From positions 256,001 to 320,000 of the forward strand of contig CAWDVE010000021.1 in the NCBI GenBank assembly GCA_963805625.1: a stretch of DNA of 64,000 nucleotides. The letters run 5' to 3'. This document shows positions 1 to 10,238 of this stretch, piece after piece; position 1 is the first letter of the stretch, and each line of letters begins with the position of its first letter. A program made the position numbers and the translations under genes. The DNA comes from an uncultured Candidatus Rokubacteria bacterium (lineage in GTDB: Bacteria; Methylomirabilota; Methylomirabilia; Rokubacteriales; DASRDR01). The notes beneath the pieces were generated by a model. That model had not been told where the DNA came from, made no database searches, and saw only the letters and a program-made list of their open reading frames with translations.

Positions 1-217
1 GGGGGAAGAACCGCCAGGCGGCCTCGAGGAGGAGGGCGGCCCGCCGGATGTCTTGCGGCGGCACCCTGTGGGTCAGGTCGACGAGCCGGGCCCGCGGGTT
101 GATCGCGAGGACAACGCCCTTGACGGTGCCGACGTACGCGTCATCGAGCCCGAAGTCGGTGAGCAGGGTGACGATGCCGTTTGGGCCGCTCGGGCGCGGT
201 CCCCGGCGCCGGCTCAT
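1..217 (-). CDS. SAM hydroxide adenosyltransferase / SAM-dependent chlorinase-fluorinase family (DUF62), N-terminal part, runs off window edge
   Basis: Not in ORF track. Manual translation from ATG 217 gives MSRRRGPRPSGPNGIVTLLTDFGLDDAYVGTVKGVVLAINPRARLVDLTHRVPPQDI, with the family motifs TLLTDFG and DLTH. ATGA overlap with the upstream gene stop. Confidence 0.88.
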   Translation of the reverse strand, partial: MSRRRGPRPSGPNGIVTLLTDFGLDDAYVGTVKGVVLAINPRARLVDLTHRVPPQDIRRAALLLEAAWRFFP

Positions 218-1245
218 CGATCCCGATGGATCACGTACTCGGCGATCAGGGCCAGGATCTGGCGCCCGGGGGAATCCGGGAGCCGGTCCAGCGCAGCGAT
301 GCCCGTCTCCGCGTACGCCAACGCCCGCGACACAGAGTAGCCGACGCCGTCGTACACCTTGACCAGCCGATGGACCTCCGCCACGTCCGTCTCTGGGAGG
401 CCCGGGCGCCCGAGCGTCTCCAGGATGCGCGCCCGCTCGCCGTCCGTGGCGCGGTCGAGCGTGACGATCAGGGGCAAGGTGCGCTTTCCCTCGAGGAGGT
501 CGTGGCCGATCGCCTTGCCCAGGCGGGTAGGGTCCGCGGCGAAGTCCAGCGAATCGTCGATGATCTGGAACGCGATACCGATCCGCTCGCCGTACGTCGC
601 GAGCGCCTCGACCGCCTCGGCCTCGAGCCCTCCGGCGAGGCCGCCGATCCGGCAGCAGGCCGACATGAAGGTGGCCGTCTTCTGGCGGATGATGCGGAGG
701 TAGTCGGCCTCCGACAGCTCGCCCGCACGCTTGCGTTCGAGCTGGAAGACCTCGGCCTCGGTCATGGACACCATGACGGTCGCCAGGGCATCCATCACCG
801 CGAGGTCCCCGTCCCGCACGAGGAGCGCCATGCAGCGCGAGTAGAAATGGTCCCCCACCAGCACGGAGGCGTCCACGCCAAACCGGGCATGCGCGGACGG
901 CCGGCCCCGCCGGAGGGGCGCCTGATCGACCACGTCGTCGTGAATCAGGGTCGCGGTGTGCAGGAGCTCCACGATGCACCCGAGCCGCACCGCGCGCGCG
1001 CCCGGATCCCCGCCGAGCGCCGCGCCAAGCAGGACCAGGATGGGCCGGAGCCGCTTGCCCCCGGCGAGCGCGACGTGCTCCCCGAGATCCCGGACGAGCT
1101 GGACGGGCGAGTCGGCCAGCTCGCGATTGATCTCCGCCTCGCAGGCACGGAGCGCACCGCCGACCAGGTGCAGGAGCCGATCCCTGAGGGCACCCTCCAG
1201 GCCGAGGCTCACGGGACTCGTCTCGTGAACGGCAGGACCTCGCAC
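214..1245 (-). CDS. ispB: Polyprenyl (octaprenyl-type) diphosphate synthase
   Basis: GGKRLRP, LIHDDVVD, RRGRP and FQIIDDSLD motifs in the C-terminal half of ORF 214..2124. Start GTG 1245 or 1212, uncertain. Confidence 0.9.
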   Translation of the reverse strand: MRGPAVHETSPVSLGLEGALRDRLLHLVGGALRACEAEINRELADSPVQLVRDLGEHVALAGGKRLRPILVLLGAALGGDPGARAVRLGCIVELLHTATLIHDDVVDQAPLRRGRPSAHARFGVDASVLVGDHFYSRCMALLVRDGDLAVMDALATVMVSMTEAEVFQLERKRAGELSEADYLRIIRQKTATFMSACCRIGGLAGGLEAEAVEALATYGERIGIAFQIIDDSLDFAADPTRLGKAIGHDLLEGKRTLPLIVTLDRATDGERARILETLGRPGLPETDVAEVHRLVKVYDGVGYSVSRALAYAETGIAALDRLPDSPGRQILALIAEYVIHRDR

Positions 1246-1259
1246 CGCGTCACCACCGG

Positions 1260-2138
1260 TCAGCGAATGACGGGGAACGGCAGGGCGGAGCGGCGGGGAA
1301 ACTCGGCGTTCGGATCCGTCTGGAGGGTCCGGTCCTTCCACCCAAGCACGAGCCCGGCCAGTCCCCGGTCCAGCGCCGCGGCGGGAATCCGCAGGAACAC
1401 GCGGTCGCCTTCGCGCCAGTCCCCGCCGCCGAACGGCACGGTGTCGGCCCGACCGCTCGCCGTGAGGTCGCCGTTCCGCACATCCCACAACGGGCTCCGG
1501 ACGACGAGGAGGCCCATCCCGGCCTCCTCGCGGAACCGTCCGGCCAGGGCGGGCGGGATCGGCTGCTCGAACGGCGCCGCGACGACGGGCACGCCGGCGC
1601 CAGGAAGGAGAGCCGGCCGAGCGAGCGGCAGCTCGACCAGCGGGCGCGACGGCTCGGCGACGAACAGGCTCTCGAGCACCTGCGTCACGGTATTGCGCTC
1701 GCCGCCAACCTCGAGCAGGAGCACGTCGTCCGCCCCGCTGCTGGACCGGCTGACCTCCACCTCCGTCCACGCGGCGCGACCCGCGGGCGCGCGCACCGCC
1801 CCGAGCGCGAACCGCCCACGGCCTCCGAGCGCGCTCGACTCGGGCTCGGGAACCAGTCGAATCGGCTTCCAGACGAGTGCCTGCCGCTGGATCACCCCAC
1901 GCTGCCAGGCGAAGACCGTCCGGTCGACGACCCCGTCGTCGACCGCCTCCCGCAGGGCCGGGTTCAGGGAGCCCCCGCTCGCCCGGTGCTGCTGGATGAC
2001 CCACTGGGGCAACAAAGCCAGTCGGATGACATGTGAGGGGGCCTGGGGCCGGGCCAGCCCCGTCACACCGGCCATCAGAACTACGGTGAGCCCGACAACC
2101 ACCAGTCGACGCACCGCGATCCACCCCCTCGGTTCCAT
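1260..2138 (-). CDS. Hypothetical exported protein
   Basis: 292 aa with signal-peptide-like N-terminus (RRLVVVGLTVVLMAGVTGLA). Fills the gap between co-oriented genes. No family recognised. Confidence 0.7.
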   Translation of the reverse strand: MEPRGWIAVRRLVVVGLTVVLMAGVTGLARPQAPSHVIRLALLPQWVIQQHRASGGSLNPALREAVDDGVVDRTVFAWQRGVIQRQALVWKPIRLVPEPESSALGGRGRFALGAVRAPAGRAAWTEVEVSRSSSGADDVLLLEVGGERNTVTQVLESLFVAEPSRPLVELPLARPALLPGAGVPVVAAPFEQPIPPALAGRFREEAGMGLLVVRSPLWDVRNGDLTASGRADTVPFGGGDWREGDRVFLRIPAAALDRGLAGLVLGWKDRTLQTDPNAEFPRRSALPFPVIR

Positions 2139-2180
2139 CGCGCGAACATTGTCTGGTCGCCCCCCACGGGAATCAAGGGG

Positions 2181-2219
2181 AAAGAAAAACGCCCCAGGGG
2201 GGTGACCCCCCTGGGGCGT
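2181..2219 (-). terminator. Rho-independent terminator after porin gene
   Basis: Perfect 14-bp inverted repeat ACGCCCCAGGGGGG-TGA-CCCCCCTGGGGCGT (2189-2219) followed by TTTTCTTT on the minus strand. Confidence 0.9.
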
Positions 2220-2238
2220 CGGAGCACCCGGTCAGGTT

Positions 2239-3756
2239 CTAGAAGGAGTACTGCGTCCGGAACGTCACCGCCCAGGCATCGTCGCCCGTGTCGGGGAACA
2301 TGTATCCGGCGAACAGGTTGAAGACCAGGTTCGGGTTGAAGCGATACGTGGCCCCCGCGTCGAATTCGATGAGGCCGTCGCCATAGGGGCCCGCTTGATC
2401 GGACACGTTCACGTACGTCGCGCCGCCTCCCACCGAGAAGGCGGGTGTCAGGGCGTAGGTGACCGAACCGCCCACACCCATGGTGCCGGTCGGGTCCGCA
2501 TACTGGACCTGGCCGATCGACGGCGCGCCGATGGAGCTGTTACCGAAGAGCCACTCCGCGATGTACGGGCCGCCGCCGCCGAACCAGGAGGCTTGGGCCT
2601 CCGGCATCGGGAGCTTGTCCGAGTCCTGGTTCAGAACGCGGGTAGTACCCGCAGCGCCACAACCCACGTTGCTGAGCTTGTTGACGACGCCGGTGCCGCT
2701 AATGCCGCAGCCCGCCGGCCCGACCTGACTGTCACCCGTCGTGTACCAGGCAGTCGCGAACACGTTGACGGGCCCCACCGGCATCTGCGCCGTCACGAAG
2801 GCGCCGAATCCCGCCTCCGAGAAGGGGTCGCTCGGGCTTCGGCCAGCAGCGATGGCGCCCGGCGAGGGCGCGAAGGCGCGCTGCCCGTAGACCACCGCGC
2901 CGTCGAGCTGAATCGTGCCGACCTTGGCGCCCACCGTCGCGCCAATCCAGAAGGTGTCACCAATGGCCTGGCCAGCGAGGGCCTCCTCGTTGACCAGCAT
3001 GCCCTCGATCGTGACCCGGATCTCCTTCGTGGCGTTGAAGCCCACGCGCGCCACGTACATGTCCGTGTCGTCGGCGTTGGCGTTGTTACCCTCGCCGGTC
3101 TTCGCCGCGTAGACCTCGACGTCGACCGGATCGAACTTCATGTTGATCTTGATCGCGGCGCCATCGTCGTCGAAGTACCCGCCGAGCGGGCCGCTCATGA
3201 AGACGATGTTCTGGATGCCGAGCGTGAGGGACGAGCCCGGCAGCCACTGCCCGGTGTCGAGCCAGATGTACGCGTGCTTGGTCTCGACGGCGACGCCGTC
3301 GGCGCCGAGACACCCGCCGGCCCCGTTACCCGTTCGCACACCCGAGCCGGGCTGCGAAACGACCGCGCTCGCGGATGGTGCCCCCGCAACCGGGGGCGGT
3401 AACGTGACGGCCGGGTTGAATGGGGTCCGACCCGTGCAGCCACGATACTCAGCGCCCGACGCGCCACCGCCCGTACCCCAGGTGAGGTCACCGACCTCCA
3501 GGCCCCAGACCGCCTTGGCCTTCTTGTCGGCGCTCTCGACGTTGGTCCAGAGACGCCACCGCTGGAAGTAGAAGCTCTGACTGTCGCGGTTGCCGCCGTT
3601 CGGACCGCTGTCCGTGAAATCCGTGATGTTGTTGAACGCAAACCCGTAGACACGCATCTGGCCGCCGAAACTCACGGTCGGGGCCTGCGCGTGCGCGGCG
3701 AGGGCCGATCCGAGGATCAGCACCCCCCCGACGAGCAACGCCAGCGCTCGCTTCAT
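2239..3756 (-). CDS. Outer-membrane beta-barrel porin (putative major porin)
   Basis: Signal peptide MKRALALL...AHA, alternating beta-strand pattern, C-terminal ...FRTQYSF, SD GGAGGT before ATG 3756, own promoter and terminator. Confidence 0.8.
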   Translation of the reverse strand: MKRALALLVGGVLILGSALAAHAQAPTVSFGGQMRVYGFAFNNITDFTDSGPNGGNRDSQSFYFQRWRLWTNVESADKKAKAVWGLEVGDLTWGTGGGASGAEYRGCTGRTPFNPAVTLPPPVAGAPSASAVVSQPGSGVRTGNGAGGCLGADGVAVETKHAYIWLDTGQWLPGSSLTLGIQNIVFMSGPLGGYFDDDGAAIKINMKFDPVDVEVYAAKTGEGNNANADDTDMYVARVGFNATKEIRVTIEGMLVNEEALAGQAIGDTFWIGATVGAKVGTIQLDGAVVYGQRAFAPSPGAIAAGRSPSDPFSEAGFGAFVTAQMPVGPVNVFATAWYTTGDSQVGPAGCGISGTGVVNKLSNVGCGAAGTTRVLNQDSDKLPMPEAQASWFGGGGPYIAEWLFGNSSIGAPSIGQVQYADPTGTMGVGGSVTYALTPAFSVGGGATYVNVSDQAGPYGDGLIEFDAGATYRFNPNLVFNLFAGYMFPDTGDDAWAVTFRTQYSF

Positions 3757-3955
3757 TACCCGCACCTCCCGGTGCCACCCGCTTCGGATGGCGCCCGTCT
3801 GTGGTGGACTACGAAACTACGATGAGTGCCTTGTTGGGTGTAACGCGGGCTGTGACGCTCCGCTGGTGCCCAGCACCACCCCCCTTCCCGAATGAAGTCT
3901 CCCCCCTGACCGGTCGCCAGGAACACGTCGAATTAAGTGCCAGTAAGCCGTCGCA

Positions 3956-3985
3956 ACCCTAGCATCGGCCGAAAAGCCGTGTCAA
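3956..3985 (-). promoter_or_regulatory. sigma70-type promoter for porin
   Basis: TTGACA (3985-3980), 18 bp, then TGc-TAGGGT (3961-3956), an extended -10. Confidence 0.6.
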
Positions 3986-4045
3986 GCCCTGTTTCGAGGC
4001 CGCTCCCGGGGGGCTGGCCGGTCGACTCGGCCCCCCTACTGCCCG

Positions 4046-5920
4046 TTACGGCAGTTCGTAGGCGAGGATACGACCCCTGGGGCGCCCCACCGGATTGAGG
4101 GTCTCCAGATCGAACCCGCGCGGCACGACCCCCACCACGACCTCCGCCAGCCCGTCCCCGTCGAGGTCCCCGTAGGCGAAGTCGGCGATGTAGCCCTCCG
4201 TCACGCCGCTCTGCCAGACCCGGACGAAGGCCCCGTCCTTCCAGCGGAGCCGGTGGATCCGGCCGCGATTGAACAGCGTCGCCGCCAGCCGGGGGAGGAT
4301 CCCGCGTCCCTGCTGGAGCGCGGGAAGGAGGTTCTCGTAGACGAGGATCTCCGGCCCCGGGGCTGTCCCGGGCAAGGGCACCACCCGCCCCGCGATGCGC
4401 GCCACTATGGTGTCCCCGCCCGCCTGGCGCCGGGCGCCGCCGGTGGGCAGATACTCGAACGTGACGGCCGAGCCGCCCAGGGGGTCCGCGCTCGTCCAGA
4501 GGCGCTGGCCCTTGGCGGTCCACACGGTCAGGCGATAGTCGTCCGTGAAGGCCACGACCTCCGGCTCGGGGCTCCCGGTCAGGCGCATCAGGGCGAGGCC
4601 ATAGACGCTGACGCCCCGCGGCACGCGCAGGCGCGATACGTCCCGAAAGCGCTCCCCGTCCCAGAGCAGGCGGCGGATCTCGGTGTCGAACGGGTCGTCC
4701 TCCCCCGCGTCCTGCTCGAGGAGCCAGTTCTCGGTTCCCACCCGCACGACTCGCAGGTACCGGCCGGACGTGTCGTACAGCACGCGGAATCCGTCGGATG
4801 CGCTCCACTCCAGCACCCGCGCGCGCACTCCCGGGCGGCCCTCGCCTCGCTGATCGACGACGACCAGCTGAGTCCGGCCGGAATCCGTGACCGGGGCCGC
4901 GTCCACCGAGAGGATCAAGCCGCCGGGGCGGAAGCTGGTGCCCTCCACCGGGACCGGGCTGCCGCCCTCGACCGTCCGGTAGGCAATCAGGTTCTGCTCA
5001 TCGGCCACGATCAACTCCGCATGCCCGTCGCCGTCGAGGTCGCCGAGCGCGAGCGCGCGAACCGGTCCATCCAGGGGATACCGGCGCGCGAGCTCGGGGG
5101 TCTCCTCCCAGGCGAAGCGCGGCGGGAAGCTGGCCGGAGTTAGCGGCGAGCGGACGGCCACGAGCGTCTCGCCGGTCTGTCCAGAGGTCCACGTGGTCTC
5201 GAGAACGCGGGTCGTCCCATCGCGGACCAGCCGGGAGCTGAGCACGGCCACCCCGCCGAGCCGGCGGGCCACCTCGAGGGGCGAGGGGCTCGATCCCCGC
5301 GTCTGGCCCACCAGGTCCAGGACCCGCTGAGGATCGACCGACAGGAACCGTCCGGTCTTGTCGAGGATCGCGGAGAACCGCGCTACCAGCAGGAGCTGGG
5401 TCTGGTCGGCGCTGTCGAAGGCGGCCTGCACCCCGCTGGTCGGGAGCACCGCGACGGGGAGCCGCCCGGCGCTGATCCGCGCGCCATCGCCGGGGCCAGG
5501 AGCCGGGGCGGCCCGGCCAGCCAGGGGCACGAGCCGTCCGGTCGCGGCGTCGGGCTCGACCGCGGTCAGGACGAGCGTCCCCAGCACCTGTTCGGTGTGC
5601 CCCAGCGGCTGATTCGTGACGGGGTGGCGGAAAATCACTCCGCGCCGGAAGAGCGTGAGCTCGAGGCCGGGCCTGAGACTCGCGATCCCCGCGCCCTCGA
5701 CGCGGATGGTGTCCCCCGTGGCCGCGGTCACCTGGAGCTCGACCCTCGGGAAGGCCGCGGCCAGCTGCTCGGCCGTCTTCTGGTAGGTCGCCCCGAGATC
5801 CTGCAGGACGTCGGCTCGCGCCGGGCCGGCGGCTCCGAGGAGCCCCAGGGCCACGATCAGCGCGACGATCACGACGCTGCCCTCGCCACCGCCGCCCCAG
5901 CCCGGACCCGAGCGTCGCAT
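4046..5920 (-). CDS. Exported FG-GAP/VCBS-repeat protein
   Basis: Signal peptide ending PARA-D. Repeats GDLDGDGHAELIV and GDLDGDGLAEVVV. Start at ATG 5920 or a slightly later GTG. Confidence 0.75.
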   Translation of the reverse strand: MRRSGPGWGGGGEGSVVIVALIVALGLLGAAGPARADVLQDLGATYQKTAEQLAAAFPRVELQVTAATGDTIRVEGAGIASLRPGLELTLFRRGVIFRHPVTNQPLGHTEQVLGTLVLTAVEPDAATGRLVPLAGRAAPAPGPGDGARISAGRLPVAVLPTSGVQAAFDSADQTQLLLVARFSAILDKTGRFLSVDPQRVLDLVGQTRGSSPSPLEVARRLGGVAVLSSRLVRDGTTRVLETTWTSGQTGETLVAVRSPLTPASFPPRFAWEETPELARRYPLDGPVRALALGDLDGDGHAELIVADEQNLIAYRTVEGGSPVPVEGTSFRPGGLILSVDAAPVTDSGRTQLVVVDQRGEGRPGVRARVLEWSASDGFRVLYDTSGRYLRVVRVGTENWLLEQDAGEDDPFDTEIRRLLWDGERFRDVSRLRVPRGVSVYGLALMRLTGSPEPEVVAFTDDYRLTVWTAKGQRLWTSADPLGGSAVTFEYLPTGGARRQAGGDTIVARIAGRVVPLPGTAPGPEILVYENLLPALQQGRGILPRLAATLFNRGRIHRLRWKDGAFVRVWQSGVTEGYIADFAYGDLDGDGLAEVVVGVVPRGFDLETLNPVGRPRGRILAYELP

Positions 5921-5924
5921 GGGG

Positions 5925-7670
5925 TCAGAAGCCCACGGACGGACGGTGGACGCCAAAGACCGCGCGCAGGCGCGCTCCGATCTCACCCAGGGTGACGTCG
6001 GCCTGCACGGCGTCCAGCAACCGCGGCACCAGGTTGTCGGTGCCGCGCGCCGCCCGCTCGACGGCATCGAGCGCCCGCGCCGCCCGATCCCCGTCCCGGC
6101 GCCGCCGGAGATCGCGGAGCCGCTCGGCTTGCCGGCTCTCGACCTCGGGATCGGGCTGGAAGAGCGCAGCTGGCGGGGACGCGGCGGTCACGAACTCGTT
6201 GACGCCGACGACAACCCGTGCACGGCTCTCAACTTCCTGCTGGTAGCGGTACGCCGCGTCCTGGATCTCCCGCTGCATGAACCCGATCGCCGCCACCGCG
6301 CCCCCCAGACCGTCGATCTTGTCGAGGTAGGCCATCGCCCCGTCCTCGATGTCCCGGGTGAGGCGCTCGACCAGATAGGCCCCGCCGAGCGGGTCGACCG
6401 TCGCCGCCACGCCCGACTCGTAGGCGAGGACCTGCTGGGTCCGGAGCGCCGTGCGCACGGCCGCCTCGGAGGGAAGCGACAGGGCCTCGTCCATCGAGTT
6501 GGTGTGCAGCGACTGGCAGCCCCCCAGGATGGCAGCCAGCGCCTGGACGGCGACGCGCACGACGTTGTTCTCGGGCTGCTGGGCCGTCAGGGTCGAGCCC
6601 GCCGTCTGGGCGTGGAACCGGAGCGTCCACGCGCGCGGGTCCCGGGCCCCGAACCGCTCCCGCATGAGGCGGGCCCAGAGTCGGCGCGCGGCGCGGAACT
6701 TGGCGACCTCCTCCAGGAGGTCGTTGTGGGCATTGAAGAAGAACGAGAGCTGGGGAGCGAACTCGTCGACCTGGAGCCCCGCAGCCTGCGCCGCCTGCAC
6801 GTAGGCCACCGCGTTGGCCAGCGTGAAGGCCACCTCCTGCACGGCGGTCGAGCCGGCCTCGCGGAGGTGGTAGCCCGAGATGGAGATCGTGTTCCAGCGC
6901 GGGACGCGGTCCTTGCAGTATCCGAAGACGTCCGTCACCAACCGGAGCGACGGTCCCGGCGGGAAGATGTAGGTGCCGCGCGCGATGAACTCCTTCAGGA
7001 TGTCGTTCTGCACGGTGCCGGCGAGCGTCGCCGCGGGAATGCCCTGGCGCTCGGCCACCGCCAGGTAGAGGGCCAGCAGGGTGGCGGCGGTGGCGTTGAT
7101 CGTCATGGAAGTCGAGACGCGGCCCAGGGGCAGGTCGCGGAGGAGCTCGGCCATGTCGTCGACGCTCGAGATGGACACCCCCACACGCCCGACCTCGCTC
7201 CGCGCCTCCGGCGCGTCCGCGTCGTGCCCCATCTGCGTCGGCAGGTCGAAGGCGACCGACAGCCCGGTCTGCCCCTCCGCGAGGAGGTAATGAAACCGCC
7301 GGTTGGTCTCGGCGGCCGTCCCGAACCCCGCGTACTGCCGCATGGTCCAGAGGCGCCCGCGGTACATGGTCGGCTGGACCCCCCGGGTGTAGGGATACTC
7401 CCCCGGGAACCCGAGCTCGGTGACGTAGTCGAAGCCTCCGAGGTCGGCGGGCGTCGCCAGGCGGGGCAGGGGCGCCCCCCAGGACGTCTCCAGCCGGGGA
7501 CGCTCGGGTGTCCGCGCGACCGCGGGCCCCAGCGTCTCCCGCTCCCAGCGCGCCAGGGCGTCCTCCAGCGTTGGCAGCTTGGGCGGCTTGGGCAGCCGTG
7601 GCTGCCCGGGCCCGGGAGGCTCGGGAGACTGGGACGGGCGGGCGTCGGGCAGGGGGGGTGGGGAGCTCAC
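5925..7670 (-). CDS. Methylmalonyl-CoA mutase family, stand-alone large (substrate-binding) subunit
   Basis: [38 protein letters not shown] and QSLHTNS motifs. No C-terminal B12-binding DxHxxG domain. Confidence 0.92.
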   Translation of the reverse strand: MSSPPPLPDARPSQSPEPPGPGQPRLPKPPKLPTLEDALARWERETLGPAVARTPERPRLETSWGAPLPRLATPADLGGFDYVTELGFPGEYPYTRGVQPTMYRGRLWTMRQYAGFGTAAETNRRFHYLLAEGQTGLSVAFDLPTQMGHDADAPEARSEVGRVGVSISSVDDMAELLRDLPLGRVSTSMTINATAATLLALYLAVAERQGIPAATLAGTVQNDILKEFIARGTYIFPPGPSLRLVTDVFGYCKDRVPRWNTISISGYHLREAGSTAVQEVAFTLANAVAYVQAAQAAGLQVDEFAPQLSFFFNAHNDLLEEVAKFRAARRLWARLMRERFGARDPRAWTLRFHAQTAGSTLTAQQPENNVVRVAVQALAAILGGCQSLHTNSMDEALSLPSEAAVRTALRTQQVLAYESGVAATVDPLGGAYLVERLTRDIEDGAMAYLDKIDGLGGAVAAIGFMQREIQDAAYRYQQEVESRARVVVGVNEFVTAASPPAALFQPDPEVESRQAERLRDLRRRRDGDRAARALDAVERAARGTDNLVPRLLDAVQADVTLGEIGARLRAVFGVHRPSVGF

Positions 7671-9217
7671 AGCGGCAGGTTCCCGTGCTTTCTGGGCGGG
7701 TTCTGGTCCCGCTTGGTGCGCAAGGTCTCCAGGGCCGAGACGAGCCGGCGGCGCGTCTCGCGCGGCTCGATGACGTCGTCGACGTACCCGCGCGCCGCCG
7801 CCACGTAGGGATTGGCGAACTTCTCCCGGAACTCGGCGACCCGCTCGGCCCTGAAGCGCACGGGGTCGTCGGTCTCCCCGAGCTCCCGGCGGTACAGGAT
7901 GTTGACCGCCCCCTCGGGCCCCATCACCGCGATCTCGGCGGTCGGGAACGCGAAGTTCGCGTCCGCGCGGATGTGCTTGCTGGCCATGACGCAGTAGGCG
8001 CCGCCATACGCCTTGCGGGTGATGACGGTGAGCTTAGGTACCGTCGCCTCGGCGAAGGCGTAGAGAAGCTTGGCCCCGTGCTTGATGATGCCGCCGAACT
8101 CCTGCGCGGTGCCGGGCAGGAATCCCGGCACGTCCTCGAACGTGACGAGCGGGATGTTGAAGCAGTCGCAGAACCGCACGAAGCGGGCACCCTTGAGGGA
8201 GGCGGCGATGTCGAGGCACCCCGCCAGATGCGCCGGCTGGTTCGCCACGACCCCGACCGGCCGGCCCCCGAGCCGTCCGAAGCCCACGACCAGATTCGGC
8301 GCGTACTCCGCCTGGACCTCGAAGAAGTGCTGGTCGTCGAGGACCGTCTGGATCAGCTCCTTCATGTCGTACGGCTTGGTCGGGTTGTCGGGCACGAGGC
8401 GCTGGAGACTCTCGTCCATTCGGTCGGGCGGATCCGCCGTCGGGCGCACCGGGGGGTCCTCGAGGTTGTTCGGCGGCAGGAAGCTCAGGAGCTCCCGGAT
8501 CGCCTCGAGGCACGCGTCCTCGCTCTCCGCGGCCAGGTGGGCGACCCCCGAGACCCGCGCGTGGGTGTCGGCCCCGCCGAGCTCCTCGAAGGTCACCTCC
8601 TCGTGGGTCACGGCCTTGAGGACCTCGGGACCGGTCACGAACATGTAGGACGACCCGCGGACCATGAACGTGAAGTCGGTGATCGCCGGCGAGTACACCG
8701 CCCCCCCGGCGCACGGGCCCATGATCGCCGAGATCTGCGGCACCACCCCCGAGGCCAGCACGTTCCGGAGGAAGATGTCGGCGTAGCCGGCCAGCGAGAC
8801 CACGCCCTCCTGGATGCGCGCCCCACCGGAGTCGTTCAGGCCGACGATCGGCACGCCGACCTTGAGGGCGAGGTCCATGATCTTGCAGATCTTCTGCGCG
8901 TAGGGCAGCGAGAGCGAGCCCCCGAACACGGTGAAGTCCTGGGCGAAGAGGTAGATCGGCCGCCCGTTGATCCGCGCGGACCCCGTCACCACGCCGTCGC
9001 CCAGCACGCCTGGCCCGGGCCCGTCGACGTCGGTGGCCGGCTGGACGACGAACCGGTCGAGCTCCTCGAAGGAGCCCTTGTCCACGAGGCCCGCGACCCG
9101 CTCCCGGGCGGTCCGCTTGCCGGCGGCGTGCTGGCGGGCGATCCGCTCGGGCCCGCCGCCGAGCTCGGCCGCCGCGCGCAGCCGGGTCAGCTCGGCGAAC
9201 CGCTCGTCGAGACTCAA
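7667..9217 (-). CDS. pccB: Acyl-CoA (propionyl/methylmalonyl-CoA) carboxyltransferase beta subunit
   Basis: [45 protein letters not shown]-terminal KHGNLPL. Confidence 0.92.
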   Translation of the reverse strand: MSLDERFAELTRLRAAAELGGGPERIARQHAAGKRTARERVAGLVDKGSFEELDRFVVQPATDVDGPGPGVLGDGVVTGSARINGRPIYLFAQDFTVFGGSLSLPYAQKICKIMDLALKVGVPIVGLNDSGGARIQEGVVSLAGYADIFLRNVLASGVVPQISAIMGPCAGGAVYSPAITDFTFMVRGSSYMFVTGPEVLKAVTHEEVTFEELGGADTHARVSGVAHLAAESEDACLEAIRELLSFLPPNNLEDPPVRPTADPPDRMDESLQRLVPDNPTKPYDMKELIQTVLDDQHFFEVQAEYAPNLVVGFGRLGGRPVGVVANQPAHLAGCLDIAASLKGARFVRFCDCFNIPLVTFEDVPGFLPGTAQEFGGIIKHGAKLLYAFAEATVPKLTVITRKAYGGAYCVMASKHIRADANFAFPTAEIAVMGPEGAVNILYRRELGETDDPVRFRAERVAEFREKFANPYVAAARGYVDDVIEPRETRRRLVSALETLRTKRDQNPPRKHGNLPL

Positions 9218-9276
9218 CCGGCGCTCCCGGACCAGGGGCGAGGAGGCTCCGCGACCTCATGAAACATCGGTTGGAC

Positions 9277-9353
9277 AGTATACGGGGCCTTTGGAGAGAC
9301 CGTCAAACTCACCGGGCCCAAATTTGACGCCGGCCCGGGGCCTCTGTTACGTT
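9277..9353. promoter_or_regulatory. Back-to-back divergent sigma70-type promoters
   Basis: Minus: TTGACG (9306-9301), 18 bp, TATACT (9282-9277). Plus: TTGACG (9324-9329), 18 bp, TACGTT (9348-9353). Confidence 0.6.
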
Positions 9354-9388
9354 GGGAACTCACCCTCGCGACGACAAAGGGGCCCCCC

Positions 9389-9775
9389 GTGCTACAGGTA
9401 GCGGCGCTGATTGCCAGCCTGGCTTTCCTCGCGCTCGTGATCGCGGTCATCCCGGCCCTCCTCCAGGTGGCCCGGACCGCGCGCGCGGCGGAGCAGACGC
9501 TGGCGTCCGTCGACCGCGAGGTCAAGCCCCTGACCACCCAGATCCAGGCCCTGCTCCAGGAGCACCGCACCCTCGCCCAGCAGGCGACCAAGGACCTCCG
9601 GCAGATCGAGGGCATCGCGCTGATGGCGCAGGACGTCCTGGCCCGGGTGACGAACCTCACCAGTCTGCTCGCGGGCTTTGGGACCGTGGGCCGCGTGGTC
9701 GGCGTCGCGCGGGGCCTCCAGAAGGGGATCGACGTGTTCGTCCACCGCCTGGCGCGCCACCGCAGCAAGGAGTGA
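9389..9775 (+). CDS. DUF948 / YoxC-like membrane-anchored coiled-coil protein
   Basis: N-terminal TM helix followed by coiled coil. Typical pairing with YtxH. Confidence 0.75.
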   Translation: MLQVAALIASLAFLALVIAVIPALLQVARTARAAEQTLASVDREVKPLTTQIQALLQEHRTLAQQATKDLRQIEGIALMAQDVLARVTNLTSLLAGFGTVGRVVGVARGLQKGIDVFVHRLARHRSKE

Positions 9776-9778
9776 GCC

Positions 9779-10147
9779 ATGAGTGAAGACCGTGAAGACC
9801 TGAACTTCCTGGGAGCGTTGGGGCTCCTCGCCGTGGGCGCCCTCATCGGCGCCGCCGCCGCGCTCCTCCTGGCCCCGAGGAGAGGCGACGAGACGCGCGA
9901 GCTACTCCGCGAGAAGGGCACCGACTGGGCGCGCCAGGCCCGGGAGCGCGGAGCGGAGCTGGCCAAGCGGGCCCAGGAGACGGTGGGCGATGCCCAGGTC
10001 CGGGCCCAGGAGTACCTCGGGCGCGGCCGCGAGGTCGTCGAGGACACCTCCGCCCAGCTGAAGGCCGCGTTCGAGGCCGGGCGGGGCGCGATGCGGGAAG
10101 AGATCGCGCGGCTCCGCGGCCGCGACGAGCCCCTCGAAGGCGTCTAG
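9779..10147 (+). CDS. YtxH-domain protein
   Basis: GALIGAAAALLLAPRRGDETR signature. Confidence 0.85.
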   Translation: MSEDREDLNFLGALGLLAVGALIGAAAALLLAPRRGDETRELLREKGTDWARQARERGAELAKRAQETVGDAQVRAQEYLGRGREVVEDTSAQLKAAFEAGRGAMREEIARLRGRDEPLEGV

Positions 10148-10238
10148 GAGCCCCTTCTCCCCGACCACCCGCCGGGCGGGCCGCCTCCGGCCCCCCGGCA
10201 TCGGCCCGCGCCGGGCGCCTGGGCGGGGGAGTCGGTCC

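Noticed and set aside
3926-3943. Possible sigma54 site TGGCACTTAATTCGA upstream of porin
   Set aside because: The -12 element reads GA rather than GC, and a better sigma70 promoter lies just upstream.
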